A DNA stretch of 64,000 nucleotides. Source: Methanothrix sp. (GTDB lineage: Archaea; Halobacteriota; Methanosarcinia; Methanotrichales; Methanotrichaceae). Under the pieces are notes generated by a model. The model made no database searches. It was not told the DNA's origin and was given only the letters and a program-made list of their open reading frames with translations. Below, in pieces: positions 40,145 through 50,846 of this stretch. The position numbers and the translations under genes were made by a program. The stretch spans positions 672,001 to 736,000 of the forward strand of contig OY821645.1 of assembly GCA_963682135.1 (NCBI GenBank), written 5' to 3'. Position 1 is the first letter of the stretch; each line of letters starts with the position of its first letter.

Positions 40145-40756
40145 TCAAGCGATGCCCCTCATCAATCTCTCTTCTTCTTCCAGCTTATGAAATGCTCTCT
40201 TTCTTCTGCGATAAGTTACAAAGGTGATTATGGCTGCAATTGCGATGGATCCGAAGAGGGCTGCCAGGGAGATCATGATTGATGCGAACAGGCCCTCAAC
40301 CATCCCTTTTCCTATAGCCAGTACCGCTTGGGGCCCGTCTCTGCCTGAATACGAGGCATTAACCTGATAAATGCCGGCCCGCTCGATGCTAAAGGCCATT
40401 ATGGATCGACCGCTGCGCCCTCCCAGGCTGTAGGAAAAGTCGCTTTTTGCCGGATAGGTGGCTAAGTCAATGCCTGTGGCTTTTTCCCGCACATGTACCT
40501 CCAGACCTGATATTGGCTCACCCGAACTGTAGAATCTGCCGCTAAAGTAACTGTTGTTCTCGTAGAAGACGACGTATTCGCCCGGCTCTGAGAAAAACAG
40601 GTCCGCTCCTCCCGGAGCTAGCATCTGCATCAGGCCGTTTTGCGTATCAGAAATGCCGGAGTAGATAGACCCGGCAAATGCCGCAAATCCTATGATTATT
40701 ATCAGCACTGCCAGGCCATAATACCAAATTCCCGGCTGAATATTATCGCTATTCAT
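40145..40756 (-). CDS. Membrane protein, two TM helices
   Basis: N- and C-terminal hydrophobic helices; the ATG at 40756 overlaps the photolyase stop. Confidence 0.7.
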   Translation of the reverse strand: MNSDNIQPGIWYYGLAVLIIIIGFAAFAGSIYSGISDTQNGLMQMLAPGGADLFFSEPGEYVVFYENNSYFSGRFYSSGEPISGLEVHVREKATGIDLATYPAKSDFSYSLGGRSGRSIMAFSIERAGIYQVNASYSGRDGPQAVLAIGKGMVEGLFASIMISLAALFGSIAIAAIITFVTYRRRKRAFHKLEEEERLMRGIA

Positions 40757-42113
40757 CGTAACCCCATTTGCCAATGTAAGCCTGCACATCGAATTTTCTT
40801 TTTGCGCCATTATAGTTCATGTAGCGCACCTTGCCAAATATCGCCCTTTCCTTCCAGGCTCGATCATGAAGGCCGCCCAGGCTCCAGGCAATTCCCGTAT
40901 ATCCGTTGGGATCTCTTCCGTCCAGTTCATACCGATCATTCAGATAGATCGCTAATGCCTGAGCTGCAGCGGGCGACGCCGTCCACTCCAGAATCTTTTT
41001 GGCCCAGTACATTCTCATGTAGCCGTGCATCTTTCCAGTTCGAAGCAGCTCCCGTTGGGCAGCATTCCACAGTTCGTCATGGGTGCCTGCCTTCTCCAGC
41101 TCCGAAAGAGTGTAAAGGTATTCTCTTCTATCTTTTTCATGCTCGCGAAGGCTCTTAATTGCCCAGGATGCAAAGCCCTGCGTATCATCATAGTGCTGAT
41201 TGTAGTAGCAGTAATTCTCGGATAATTCTCTTCGCACTATCAGCTCCTCTAAAAATGCGCCTGCATCTTTGCGGCTTCTCAAAACTTGCAGAGCGATTCG
41301 TTGAGCCGATATCTGGCCGAAGTGCAGATAAGGAGAAAGGCCGGACTGTCCATCAATATTGGGATCATTCCTATCCCTTTCGTAACCGTCCAGCTTGTGC
41401 TCCAGGAAATGGTCCATTTGCCTCATGGCCGCCGCCTCTCCCGGCACTATCCATTTTGCCTCCGGCATCGCGTCTGCTCTTAAGGATCTTTCCGCTTCCC
41501 CCCAGTCATTCTCAATAGCGCCGGTTCCCTGAGGATAATTGCTCTCTCTCACAACGAGATCCTTCTTGGGCAAAGTCGGGAACTCATCAAGAAATTCAAA
41601 GAGAAGTCGATTCACTTTGGGACGGAAACTGTAGGCTGCCCATTCCTGTTTTTGGGATGCCTGCCAGCAAGGAATGATGTTGTGGGCATCAACCTCGTAA
41701 AAGGATATTTCGTTCACATCTGCAAGTACGCTTTTCCACTGCCTGCTTTGCCGCAGAGGGGAAAAATCACATACTAAAGCACCTGCATCCATTTCTTCAA
41801 TCAGACGAGGTATCTCTCTGCCGGGATCGCCCCGGAGAAGGAAGAAAGGAATGTTTTGAGCCTTCAGGTTATTTTCCATCTCCTTTAACCCTCGTAGCAT
41901 AAAGAGATACTGCCTTTCGGTCGCACCCAAGAACAGGGAAGCCTGGCAAAAGGCTACCGCCGGATAGGTATCGTACTTTTTGGCAAGCTCTCCGGCATAG
42001 AGCAGAGCCCAGTTGTCGCTGACGCGCTGGTCGCGACTCATCCAATAGATCACAGGGCCTTTCGTTTGGCTTTTTTTCGTCAAGGCTCTTACCCTTTTGG
42101 GATTGATGAGCAT
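40749..42113 (-). CDS. phr: Class II CPD DNA photolyase
   Basis: YWMSRDQRVSDNWAL, EVDAHN, SGLSPYLHFGQIS, MHGYMRMYWAKKILEW, LDGRDPNGY. Confidence 0.95.
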   Translation of the reverse strand: MLINPKRVRALTKKSQTKGPVIYWMSRDQRVSDNWALLYAGELAKKYDTYPAVAFCQASLFLGATERQYLFMLRGLKEMENNLKAQNIPFFLLRGDPGREIPRLIEEMDAGALVCDFSPLRQSRQWKSVLADVNEISFYEVDAHNIIPCWQASQKQEWAAYSFRPKVNRLLFEFLDEFPTLPKKDLVVRESNYPQGTGAIENDWGEAERSLRADAMPEAKWIVPGEAAAMRQMDHFLEHKLDGYERDRNDPNIDGQSGLSPYLHFGQISAQRIALQVLRSRKDAGAFLEELIVRRELSENYCYYNQHYDDTQGFASWAIKSLREHEKDRREYLYTLSELEKAGTHDELWNAAQRELLRTGKMHGYMRMYWAKKILEWTASPAAAQALAIYLNDRYELDGRDPNGYTGIAWSLGGLHDRAWKERAIFGKVRYMNYNGAKRKFDVQAYIGKWGYDE

Positions 42114-42381
42114 AATAGCTATTACTGTTATTATTACTATTTATAGAAACCATTGCTTGATGGCGTCAAAAAATATGAGTGATAATGATTCATCAACCAC
42201 ACATCGATCACCTGTAATAGTGGTGATTAAATGCGAAATTACCATGTGGATGAAGGCTGATATACCCGGTAGAAGTTAAGTCAGAAGATTATCTGAATTG
42301 TCTAATATCATGAAAATATCTTCCGAAAGACCTATAAGGCAGTGAGGAGAGCAGAAGTCGAAGTTCAGACAGGTCGTCTCA

Positions 42382-45300
42382 ATGGCATACGATATCTTAT
42401 GGCGCTATGATGTTGATTCTCAGAAAAGGATCATTGATTCCTACATCTCACCGGTCGCGGACAAGATGCTGGGCTTGCCAGAAGATACCATCAGAAACAG
42501 CTTCCAAATATATTTTTCATATGTACATCCCGATGACTTGCCAGTCGTGCAGGAGATGCTTTCCGAAGCTATAGGGACGCCTGGGAAGGAGAAAAACGCA
42601 GAATACCGATTGCGAAAGGCTGACGGAAGGATGCTTTGGGTTCGTTCCCGGAGTCATGCCAATTGGCAGCCCGACGGCCGGATCAATATCTTTGGCTCTA
42701 CAATTGAGATCAATGACAGCAAGCAAGAAGAAGAAGAACTCAAAGAATCAAAGCTGCGATTAGCCAATATCATCGATTTTTTGCCGGATGCCACATTTGC
42801 CATAAGCCGGGACGGAAAGGTTCTCGCCTGGAATCATGCTATTGAGGTTATGACCGGTGTACCAAAGGAGGAGATCGTGGGCAAAAGCAATTATGCCTAT
42901 GCAGTACCGTTTTTTGGCGAAGCCCGGCCGATTCTCATCGATCTCATCTTTGAGAAATTACCGAAATTTGAAGAGAGATATATTTCTTTTGCAAGAAAAA
43001 GAAACCAATTGGTTGCCGAGGCTTTTGCGCCCCGGCTCAACCGGGGTAAGGGTGCCTATCTCTGGGGTATTGTCTCTCCTCTTTATGATAGCTATGGCAA
43101 TATTGTAGGAGCAATCCAATCTATCCGCGATGTCACCGAACGTAAAGCCGCAGAGCATGCGCTGCAGGAAAGCGAGGAGAGGTTTCGTACACTCTTTGAG
43201 AGTTCTCAAGACGCATTGATTACCCTCTCCCCGCCCTTGTGGAAGATCAACTCAGGCAATCCGGCGGCAATCAAGATATTCGGGATAAGAGACGATAAGC
43301 AGCTTACATCATTTTGTCCCTTGGATCTCTCACCGGAGCGCCAGCCGGATGGGCAGAAATCCTCCGATAAATTCAAGGAGATGATGGATATCGCCATGCA
43401 AAAGGGCTCCCATTACTTCGAATGGATACACAATCGGCTAAATGGCGAGCAGTTTGCGGCAACAGTTCAGCTTACCCGCATGCAGCTGCAAGGTAAGATA
43501 TTGATACAGGCCAACGTGCGAGATATCTCCGAGCAAAAATGGGCGGAAGCGGCGCTAAAGGGAAGCGAGAAGCGCCTCATGCGAGCGGAGGAGATCGCCC
43601 GTTTCGGTCACTGGGAGTTCTCAATAGACGAGAAACTGATGCGCGCCTCAAAGGGGGCAAAGCGCATTTATGGTTTGGAGGGTGAAGAGTGGCCTCTTTC
43701 TGATGTGAAAAAAATTCCCTTGCCCGAGTACCGCACGCTCCTCGATAGGGAACTTTCAGAATTGGTTATGAATGGAAGGCCGTATAATGTGGAATTTAAA
43801 ATTCAAAGGCCATCCGACGGACAGATTCTTGATATTCATTCACTTGCAGAATATGATCCTGCAAAAAGAATGTTGTTTGGCGTCATAAATGATGTCACGC
43901 AGCGCAAGAAAGCAGAGGAAGCCTTGCGGGAGAGTGAACTGAGGCTAAGAACCATTTTTCAGACCTCCTCTGCAGGAATAATCATAGTTAATCCCCAGGG
44001 GAGAATTACACAGGCAAACCAGAGGATGGCAGAAATGTTTTCCTGCCCGCTGCAGACGATTATAGGCACTGCGTATCCTTCCTTTATTCATCCGGATGAA
44101 CGCTCGCAGGGAACAGATCGCATGCAAGCATTGATGGAAAAGAGGATCGATACAGTCTATACGCAGCGACATTATCTGCGTAGGGATGGCGGCGATTTTT
44201 GGGGATTAATAAGTGGCCGACGGATGGTAGGATCGAATGGAGAGTTCATTGGCCTGCTGGGCATCATATTCGATATAACCGATCACAGGAACGCTGAGTT
44301 GGCGCTAATGTCATCAGAGCAGGAGAAGGCGGCAATTCTGAATGGATTAAGGCATGTTTCTGTGGAGTACCTTGATACCAACATGCGCATTATCTGGGTG
44401 AATAAAGCGGTGCAAACCTCTCTTGGATTATCTATGGAGCAGATAAAGGGCAATTACTGCTATGAGATCCTGCAGAAACTCAAGGAGCCGTGTCCCGGAT
44501 GCACGGCATGCAAAGCCGCAAAGACAGGGCATTTTCAGGAAGGGGAGATTGTGACCCCCGACGGCAAGACCTGGCTGTCAAGAAGCTCTATCATCAAAGA
44601 TGCAAATGGTTGTGTCCAGGGAATAGTCCATGTGGCTATGAATATCACCGAGCGCAAGAGGACAGAGGAAGAGATCAGCTCGAATCTTGAGGAGCTCAAG
44701 AGATCCAAGACCCAGATTCAGCAATCAAATTCGCTGCTTTCAGCAATTATGGCAAGCCCCAATAATATCGTCGTTTTCGCATTGGACAGGGAGTACAGAT
44801 ATCTGGCATTTAATCAAAATCATAAAAATACTATGTTGGCCATTTGGGGGGTTGACATTGAAATCATGGCAAATATGCTCGATTACATTACAGATGCCGC
44901 TGACCGCAGCAAAGCAAAGCGAAACTTTGACCGAGCACTGGCAGGCGAGCACCTGGTTATTATTGAGGCATATGGAGACAACGATCTGCAGCGTCGCTAT
45001 TATGAGAACCATTACAGCCCCATCAGAGGAGAAGACGGTCTCTTCATCGGACTGACTGTATTTCTGTTCGACATTACTGAGCGCAGGCGCATGGAGGAAG
45101 AGCTGCAACAAACCAATCACGATCTGGAAATTGCCATTAAGCAGTCAAATGAATTGGCTAAACAAGCCGAGCATGCCAATACTGCCAAGAGCGAATTCCT
45201 GGCTAACATGAGCCATGAGATCCGCACTCCATTAAACGGCGTTATAGGCATGACCGGACTGTTGCTGGATATGGATTTAGATGCAGAGCAGCATGAGTAT

Positions 45301-46353
45301 GCACAAATTGCCCATATCAGCGGTGAGATGCTTCTATCTCTAATCAACGATATCCTTGACTTCTCCAAGATCGAGGCCCGCAAACTGGAAATGGAAATGC
45401 TGGATATCGATATTCGCTCCATCATGAAAGAGACTGCAAATCTCCTGGCATTCAGTGTCCGGGAGAAAGAGCTGGAATTGCGCTGTCAGGTGGAGCCGGA
45501 AGTTCCATCCAGGCTGAGAGGCGATCCGGGAAGGCTGCGCCAGATTCTCATCAACCTGGGCAGCAATGCTGTAAAGTTCACTGATAAGGGCGAGATCGAA
45601 ATTCGCGCTTGCTTGGAGAGCGAAGATGAAATAAATGCCACAATTCGCTTCTCTGTAAGAGATACAGGTATTGGCATCCCGGCAGATCGGCAAGATATTC
45701 TCTTCTCACCTTTTTCACAATTGGACAGATCGACAACGCGAAAATACGGTGGAACCGGCCTCGGTCTGGCCATATCTAAACAACTGGTGGAAATGATGCG
45801 TGGTAGGATCGGCCTGGAAAGCAAGGTGGGCATAGGTTCTATCTTCTGGTTCACAGCCGTGTTCGAGAAGAAGATGACAAGGCCGGAATCGGCAGATGGT
45901 GAGCCCATGAAGATTAAAGGAAAGGCAGGAATAGATGGCATCGTGGCAAGGCCTGCAATTTCCCAATCATCCAAACGCAAGATACGCATTCTGGTGGCGG
46001 AAGATAACCCCGTAAACCAGAAAGTGGCCCAGGCATTGCTGCGCAAGATGATGTTACAATCGGATGTTGTTTCTAACGGTCTGGAGGCAGTCAATGCACT
46101 GCAGACCACACCCTACGACCTGGTGCTGATGGACTGCCAAATGCCTGAGATGGACGGTTACGAGGCCACGAGTAAGATCCGTGAGCAAGGATCCAAGGCA
46201 CTCAATCCATCCATTCCCATCATTGCCATGACAGCTCTCGCAATGCTTGGAGATAGGGAGAAGTGTATTCAGGCCGGAATGAACGATTTTATTGCCAAAC
46301 CGGTCTTGCGAAGAGATCTGACAAGAATGCTTACCCGATGGCTGGGGATTTAA
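42382..46353 (+). CDS. Multi-PAS hybrid histidine kinase with receiver domain
   Basis: Several PAS/PAC repeats; FLANMSHEIRTPLNG; N, G1 and G2 boxes; receiver AEDNPVN..LMDCQMPEMDG. Confidence 0.93.
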   Translation: MAYDILWRYDVDSQKRIIDSYISPVADKMLGLPEDTIRNSFQIYFSYVHPDDLPVVQEMLSEAIGTPGKEKNAEYRLRKADGRMLWVRSRSHANWQPDGRINIFGSTIEINDSKQEEEELKESKLRLANIIDFLPDATFAISRDGKVLAWNHAIEVMTGVPKEEIVGKSNYAYAVPFFGEARPILIDLIFEKLPKFEERYISFARKRNQLVAEAFAPRLNRGKGAYLWGIVSPLYDSYGNIVGAIQSIRDVTERKAAEHALQESEERFRTLFESSQDALITLSPPLWKINSGNPAAIKIFGIRDDKQLTSFCPLDLSPERQPDGQKSSDKFKEMMDIAMQKGSHYFEWIHNRLNGEQFAATVQLTRMQLQGKILIQANVRDISEQKWAEAALKGSEKRLMRAEEIARFGHWEFSIDEKLMRASKGAKRIYGLEGEEWPLSDVKKIPLPEYRTLLDRELSELVMNGRPYNVEFKIQRPSDGQILDIHSLAEYDPAKRMLFGVINDVTQRKKAEEALRESELRLRTIFQTSSAGIIIVNPQGRITQANQRMAEMFSCPLQTIIGTAYPSFIHPDERSQGTDRMQALMEKRIDTVYTQRHYLRRDGGDFWGLISGRRMVGSNGEFIGLLGIIFDITDHRNAELALMSSEQEKAAILNGLRHVSVEYLDTNMRIIWVNKAVQTSLGLSMEQIKGNYCYEILQKLKEPCPGCTACKAAKTGHFQEGEIVTPDGKTWLSRSSIIKDANGCVQGIVHVAMNITERKRTEEEISSNLEELKRSKTQIQQSNSLLSAIMASPNNIVVFALDREYRYLAFNQNHKNTMLAIWGVDIEIMANMLDYITDAADRSKAKRNFDRALAGEHLVIIEAYGDNDLQRRYYENHYSPIRGEDGLFIGLTVFLFDITERRRMEEELQQTNHDLEIAIKQSNELAKQAEHANTAKSEFLANMSHEIRTPLNGVIGMTGLLLDMDLDAEQHEYAQIAHISGEMLLSLINDILDFSKIEARKLEMEMLDIDIRSIMKETANLLAFSVREKELELRCQVEPEVPSRLRGDPGRLRQILINLGSNAVKFTDKGEIEIRACLESEDEINATIRFSVRDTGIGIPADRQDILFSPFSQLDRSTTRKYGGTGLGLAISKQLVEMMRGRIGLESKVGIGSIFWFTAVFEKKMTRPESADGEPMKIKGKAGIDGIVARPAISQSSKRKIRILVAEDNPVNQKVAQALLRKMMLQSDVVSNGLEAVNALQTTPYDLVLMDCQMPEMDGYEATSKIREQGSKALNPSIPIIAMTALAMLGDREKCIQAGMNDFIAKPVLRRDLTRMLTRWLGI

Positions 46354-46408
46354 GAAAGAACAATGGCATTTTTCTTCCAACAGATCTATCAATCAGAACT
46401 AATCATAA

Positions 46409-49132
46409 GTGTTAGTGATAATCATGGGCGATGAGGAAGATTGGCGTGTGGCCGAGGTCAATGGAGGCATCGCCGAAAGAAAGCAGGCGGAGCTAGCGCT
46501 ACGACGAGAGAAAGAGCAGGCTCAGCTATATCTTGATATTGTGGGGACAATAATTATCTCCATCAGTTCCGACCATACCGTAAGTCTGGTCAACCAGGCC
46601 GGCTGTCGTCTGCTGGGATACCGTGAAGATGAGATTATAGGCACTAACTGGTTTGAGCGTTTTTTGCCGGCACGGGAAAGAGTAGATGTTGAACAGATAT
46701 TTGATCATTTGATGGCCGGGATTATTGAGCCGGTCAGGCATGTAGAGGGCATAGTACTGACCCGCAATGGTGAGGAGCGGATAGTCTCCTGGCTTAACAC
46801 CGTATTAAGAGATGAGGGAGGCAATATCACAGGTACCATTTCCTGCGGCGAGGATATTACTGAGCGCAAGAAAGCAGAAGAGAAAATTGCATCATCAGAA
46901 GCGCTTCTAAATGCTACTCTTGATTCTATTCCTGATATCATAGGGATACAAAATCCAGACCATACAATCGTACGCTATAACCGCGCAGGATATGATTTCC
47001 TGGGCCTTTCCCAAGAGGTGGCTCACGGGCGACGATGCTACGAACTAATCGGACGGAGTATTCCCTGCGAAGAATGTGCATCCTCAAAGGCACTCAAGAC
47101 GAAGAAGCTGGAACAGATAGAGAAATATTTGCCCGAATATGGAGTTTATTTGGACTGCCGGTCTAATCCTGTATTGAATAAAGACGGTGAGATCGAATAC
47201 ATTGTCGAGCAGCTTCGCGATATCACCGAACGCAAGCAAGTCGATTTGAGCCGGGCCCGTTCCTTGGAACGCCTGGAGAGGTTGAATTTGCTTATGCAGA
47301 CTCTGCTAAGCCCTGGCAAATTGGAGCAGAAACTCAAGAAGATCACCGATGGCGTGGTGGATATCTTCGGGGCCGACTTTTGTCGCATTTGGATTGCCTG
47401 TCCCGGAGACCTATGCGATGCAGGGTGCATACATGCAGCAGTGACTGCTGGACCGCACGTCTGTCTTCATAAAGATCGATGTCTTCGACTTCTTGCCAGT
47501 TCGGGACGCTATACCCACACGGACGGAGAGATTCACAGACGAGTGCCTTTTGGTTGCTACAAGATTGGTCGCATCGCATCGGAGAAGGAACAGAGATTTC
47601 TTACCAACGATGTGCAAAGCGATCCTCGCATTCACAATCGCGAATGGGCTAAGGAGAACGGCCTCGTCTCATTTGCCGGCTATCAGTTGCGTCACCCTGG
47701 TGGTGATGCCCTGGGAGTCATGGCGCTTTTCAGCAAGAAACCTATCACCTGCGAGGAAGATGCCCAGCTCAATATCCTGAGCAATACAGTCACTCAGGTC
47801 ATTCAAACTGCCTGTGCGGATGAGGAGATGCTTGAGACTCTCAACGAAGCGACCAGACTCAACAAGTACCTCAATGAGCAGACCGCCCGAGCCAATGAAT
47901 TGGCAGATCTGGCCAGAAAGGCCAGTGCTGCCAAGAGCGAATTTTTAGCTAACATGAGCCATGAGATCCGCACTCCCTTGAACGGCATCATCGGCATGAT
48001 CGGGCTCTTGCAGGATATGAATTTGAATCCCGAACAGCTTGAATACGCAAGAATCGCCGGAATCAGCGGCGAAATTCTGATGTCTCTAATCAACGATATC
48101 CTGGACTTCTCCAAGATAGAAGCCCAAAAACTGGAGCTGGAGACACTGGACTATGATCTGCGCTCTGTGCTTGACAATACGAGAAACCTCCTGGCCATCG
48201 GGGCTCAAGATAAAGAGCTGGAATTGGTCTGCATTGTGGAGCCCTCTGTGCCTTCTTTGCTAAGAGGCGATCCAGGAAGACTGCGCCAGATTCTAATCAA
48301 CCTGGGGAGCAATGCCGTGAAGTTCACTGACCATGGCAAGATAGTAATTCGCGCCGGCCTGGAGAACGAAGACGAAAGAAATGCCACAATTCGTTTCTCT
48401 GTCAGCGATACAGGCATCGGCATCCCGGTAGATCGGCAAGATATTCTCTTCACTCTGTTCACTCAGGTAGACGGCTCGACGACACGCAAATACGGCGGAA
48501 CAGGCCTCGGTCTGGCTATATCCCGGCAGCTTGCAGAGCTGATGGGTGGTATGATCGGCGTGCATAGTGAGGTGGGAAAAGGCTCTACATTCTGGTTTAC
48601 TGCCGTTTTCGAGAAACAGCCGGCAAGGATCGAATCTGCCGAAGATATTGTGGGAATTGAGGTTGAAGGATCATCGCACCGGATCGAAGTGTCTGGATTT
48701 TCCCAATCACCCAAACGCAAAATACGCATCCTGGTTGCGGAAGATAATCCCGTGAACAAAAAAGTGGCTCAGGCCTTGCTCACAAAGATGGGGCTGCAAT
48801 CGGATGTTGTGGCCAATGGTCTGGAGGCCGTCAATGCTCTGCAGACCACTTCTTACGACCTGGTGCTGATGGACTGCCAAATGCCTGAGATGGACGGTTA
48901 CGAGGCCACGAGCAAGATCCGTCAGCCAGGTTCAAAGGCACTCAATCCATCCATTCCCATCATCGCCATGACTGCTCTTGCTATGCAGGGAGATCGTGAG
49001 AAATGCATTCGGGCTGGAATGAACGATTTCATTGCCAAGCCGGTCTTGCGAAGAGATCTGACTAAAATGCTCGACAGGTGGCTGTCAACAACGGCGGATG
49101 GTAAGCCGCTGCGATCTCTTAATATTCCTTGA
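46409..49132 (+). CDS. PAS/GAF hybrid histidine kinase with receiver domain
   Basis: Two PAS domains, a Cys-rich GAF-like region, H-box FLANMSHEIRTP and a receiver domain. Confidence 0.93.
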   Translation: MLVIIMGDEEDWRVAEVNGGIAERKQAELALRREKEQAQLYLDIVGTIIISISSDHTVSLVNQAGCRLLGYREDEIIGTNWFERFLPARERVDVEQIFDHLMAGIIEPVRHVEGIVLTRNGEERIVSWLNTVLRDEGGNITGTISCGEDITERKKAEEKIASSEALLNATLDSIPDIIGIQNPDHTIVRYNRAGYDFLGLSQEVAHGRRCYELIGRSIPCEECASSKALKTKKLEQIEKYLPEYGVYLDCRSNPVLNKDGEIEYIVEQLRDITERKQVDLSRARSLERLERLNLLMQTLLSPGKLEQKLKKITDGVVDIFGADFCRIWIACPGDLCDAGCIHAAVTAGPHVCLHKDRCLRLLASSGRYTHTDGEIHRRVPFGCYKIGRIASEKEQRFLTNDVQSDPRIHNREWAKENGLVSFAGYQLRHPGGDALGVMALFSKKPITCEEDAQLNILSNTVTQVIQTACADEEMLETLNEATRLNKYLNEQTARANELADLARKASAAKSEFLANMSHEIRTPLNGIIGMIGLLQDMNLNPEQLEYARIAGISGEILMSLINDILDFSKIEAQKLELETLDYDLRSVLDNTRNLLAIGAQDKELELVCIVEPSVPSLLRGDPGRLRQILINLGSNAVKFTDHGKIVIRAGLENEDERNATIRFSVSDTGIGIPVDRQDILFTLFTQVDGSTTRKYGGTGLGLAISRQLAELMGGMIGVHSEVGKGSTFWFTAVFEKQPARIESAEDIVGIEVEGSSHRIEVSGFSQSPKRKIRILVAEDNPVNKKVAQALLTKMGLQSDVVANGLEAVNALQTTSYDLVLMDCQMPEMDGYEATSKIRQPGSKALNPSIPIIAMTALAMQGDREKCIRAGMNDFIAKPVLRRDLTKMLDRWLSTTADGKPLRSLNIP

Positions 49133-49490
49133 GAAGAAATTATCTCTTGTGAAGGATCTCTGCGAACTTTCCCAGCCGAAGAAAAAAAAGATGCTGGATT
49201 TAGCATCAGATATGGATAGAATCATACTTCTCCTCCTCTTCGAGACCGGTCTCGATCTTGAATGCCTGATCAATCTTGGCGTCTCTGATCTGGACATAGA
49301 GAGCGGACAGCTTCGAGTTGCTGAGAACAGAAAGATTCAGCTATCCAGTGCAACGCTTTCTGAGATCAGGCAATTTCTGAACTCCCGTCCCGGGCAGGTT
49401 CATCTCCTGGAGGGGAGGTGCGCTAAGCCGGTAACCAGCAAATGGAAGCGATGCGTGCTGGAAAGTCTGATGCGGAAATCTGAACAATAA
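49098..49490 (+). CDS. Small tyrosine-recombinase-like protein, catalytically degenerate
   Basis: DRIILLLLFETGLDLECLINLGVSDLD resembles integrase box I, but the catalytic Arg is replaced by Asp and no HxxR or Tyr region follows; start uncertain. Confidence 0.5.
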   Translation: MVSRCDLLIFLEKKLSLVKDLCELSQPKKKKMLDLASDMDRIILLLLFETGLDLECLINLGVSDLDIESGQLRVAENRKIQLSSATLSEIRQFLNSRPGQVHLLEGRCAKPVTSKWKRCVLESLMRKSEQ

Positions 49491-49527
49491 TGGAAAATGA
49501 TAAGAATGGATAAGCAAATCACCCCTC

Positions 49528-49974
49528 ATGCAATATTCTGAGGGCAGCTTGGGCCGCGTCTTCGTCCTGAGGATGGATCATGGCGAAGATCTCATAGAAT
49601 CGCTGCAAAAGTTCCAACGGGAGAAAAAGATCGAGTCTTGCACCGCTTTTTTCTTGGGGGCACTGCGTGATGGTCGGGCAGTGACAGGTCCAAAGTTGCC
49701 GGTAGTTCCTCCCACGCCCAATTTTGAAGCCTATGAGAGCGCCTGGGAGATCTTTGGCATGGCTACAATTTACCCATCTATTGAGGGGCCGAAGCTGCAT
49801 ATCCACAGCGCAATGGGACGGGGCCGGCAGTCCCTCTTGGGATGCATTCGAGATAAGGCTCAGGTCTACCTGATTGTGGAAGCGGTCTTATTCGAGATCT
49901 GCGGCCTTGCTGCAGAAAGAGCCTGGGATGAAAATATGCAGCTCTATCTGCTCTCCTTGAAGAACCGGCTCTAG
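49528..49974 (+). CDS. PPC (DUF296) domain protein
   Basis: RVFVLRMDHGEDL, LGAL, LHIHSAMG, VEAV. Confidence 0.85.
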   Translation: MQYSEGSLGRVFVLRMDHGEDLIESLQKFQREKKIESCTAFFLGALRDGRAVTGPKLPVVPPTPNFEAYESAWEIFGMATIYPSIEGPKLHIHSAMGRGRQSLLGCIRDKAQVYLIVEAVLFEICGLAAERAWDENMQLYLLSLKNRL

Positions 49975-50352
49975 ACCTTTGAATTCATGCACAATGAAGA
50001 TCTCGCGACATCGCGAAGATACTTGCCTATTTTTGATAGCAATATAAAATCTGTTATTGCCAATAGTGCGCATGAGAATGGCGAAAGCTATTTATGAGAG
50101 TACTTAAGTCCAGCCAATAAAATTTGGTAAAACGAAAGCCTCCTCTCAGCTCTGCCTATTGTATCTGTTATGAATTATATGCACCATAAAATTCTCATAT
50201 AGAATCATTCTTGTCTAATTTAGTACATTAAAGAGCCAGGTGAATTTTTTTGTGAGTATGTGTATAGTTTGTAGATCACGATCTGTACACATGTGTCCAC
50301 TTTAAGTGTCTATTAATACTAGTGAATATTCTTTAGTGAACAGGAGAATTGA

Positions 50353-50760
50353 ATGAGACTTAGAGTAGTTAGTTCAAAAAATGAGATTTCAAATCTCAAT
50401 CCCAATGAGAAGATGGTTCATCTGGCTTTTCGCGCCAGCAATGTAGACTTCCTCAGCTTGATGCAGAGATGCCCCAGGCTGCGAATGATTCAGGTACCCC
50501 CATCCTATCACAAGACCATGTCCAACGCCATCCAGGTATTCCTGGACATGCAGGGCATTGAGCTATTGGAAGGAGATGTCTGGGGCCACAGAAAGGACCT
50601 GGACGAGTACTTCACCGTGGAAGATGCAACTCTGGAGGAGATCAGCTCTCTGGTTGCCAGCGGTGCCGCCATAGAGGATCTGGCCAGCCAGATCCAGAAG
50701 AAGGCCAGACTCGGCCCGGACCTCATCAAGTACATCGCAAAGAGCAAGATCACCGCATAA
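50353..50760 (+). CDS. DUF1699 family protein
   Basis: RVVSSKNEI..LNPNEKMVHLAFR..EGDVWGHRKDLDEY. Confidence 0.85.
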   Translation: MRLRVVSSKNEISNLNPNEKMVHLAFRASNVDFLSLMQRCPRLRMIQVPPSYHKTMSNAIQVFLDMQGIELLEGDVWGHRKDLDEYFTVEDATLEEISSLVASGAAIEDLASQIQKKARLGPDLIKYIAKSKITA

Positions 50761-50846
50761 AGTCGGGACATCTTGTGCCGGGTGAGAATTTTCCGGCTAT
50801 TCTCTTTTATTTTCTAAGAAACTGATTTAATAAAATTGGGTGGTGA

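Noticed and set aside
40749-42113. Photolyase in a strict anaerobe as a novelty
   Set aside because: Class II photolyases are established in methanogens, including Methanosarcinales
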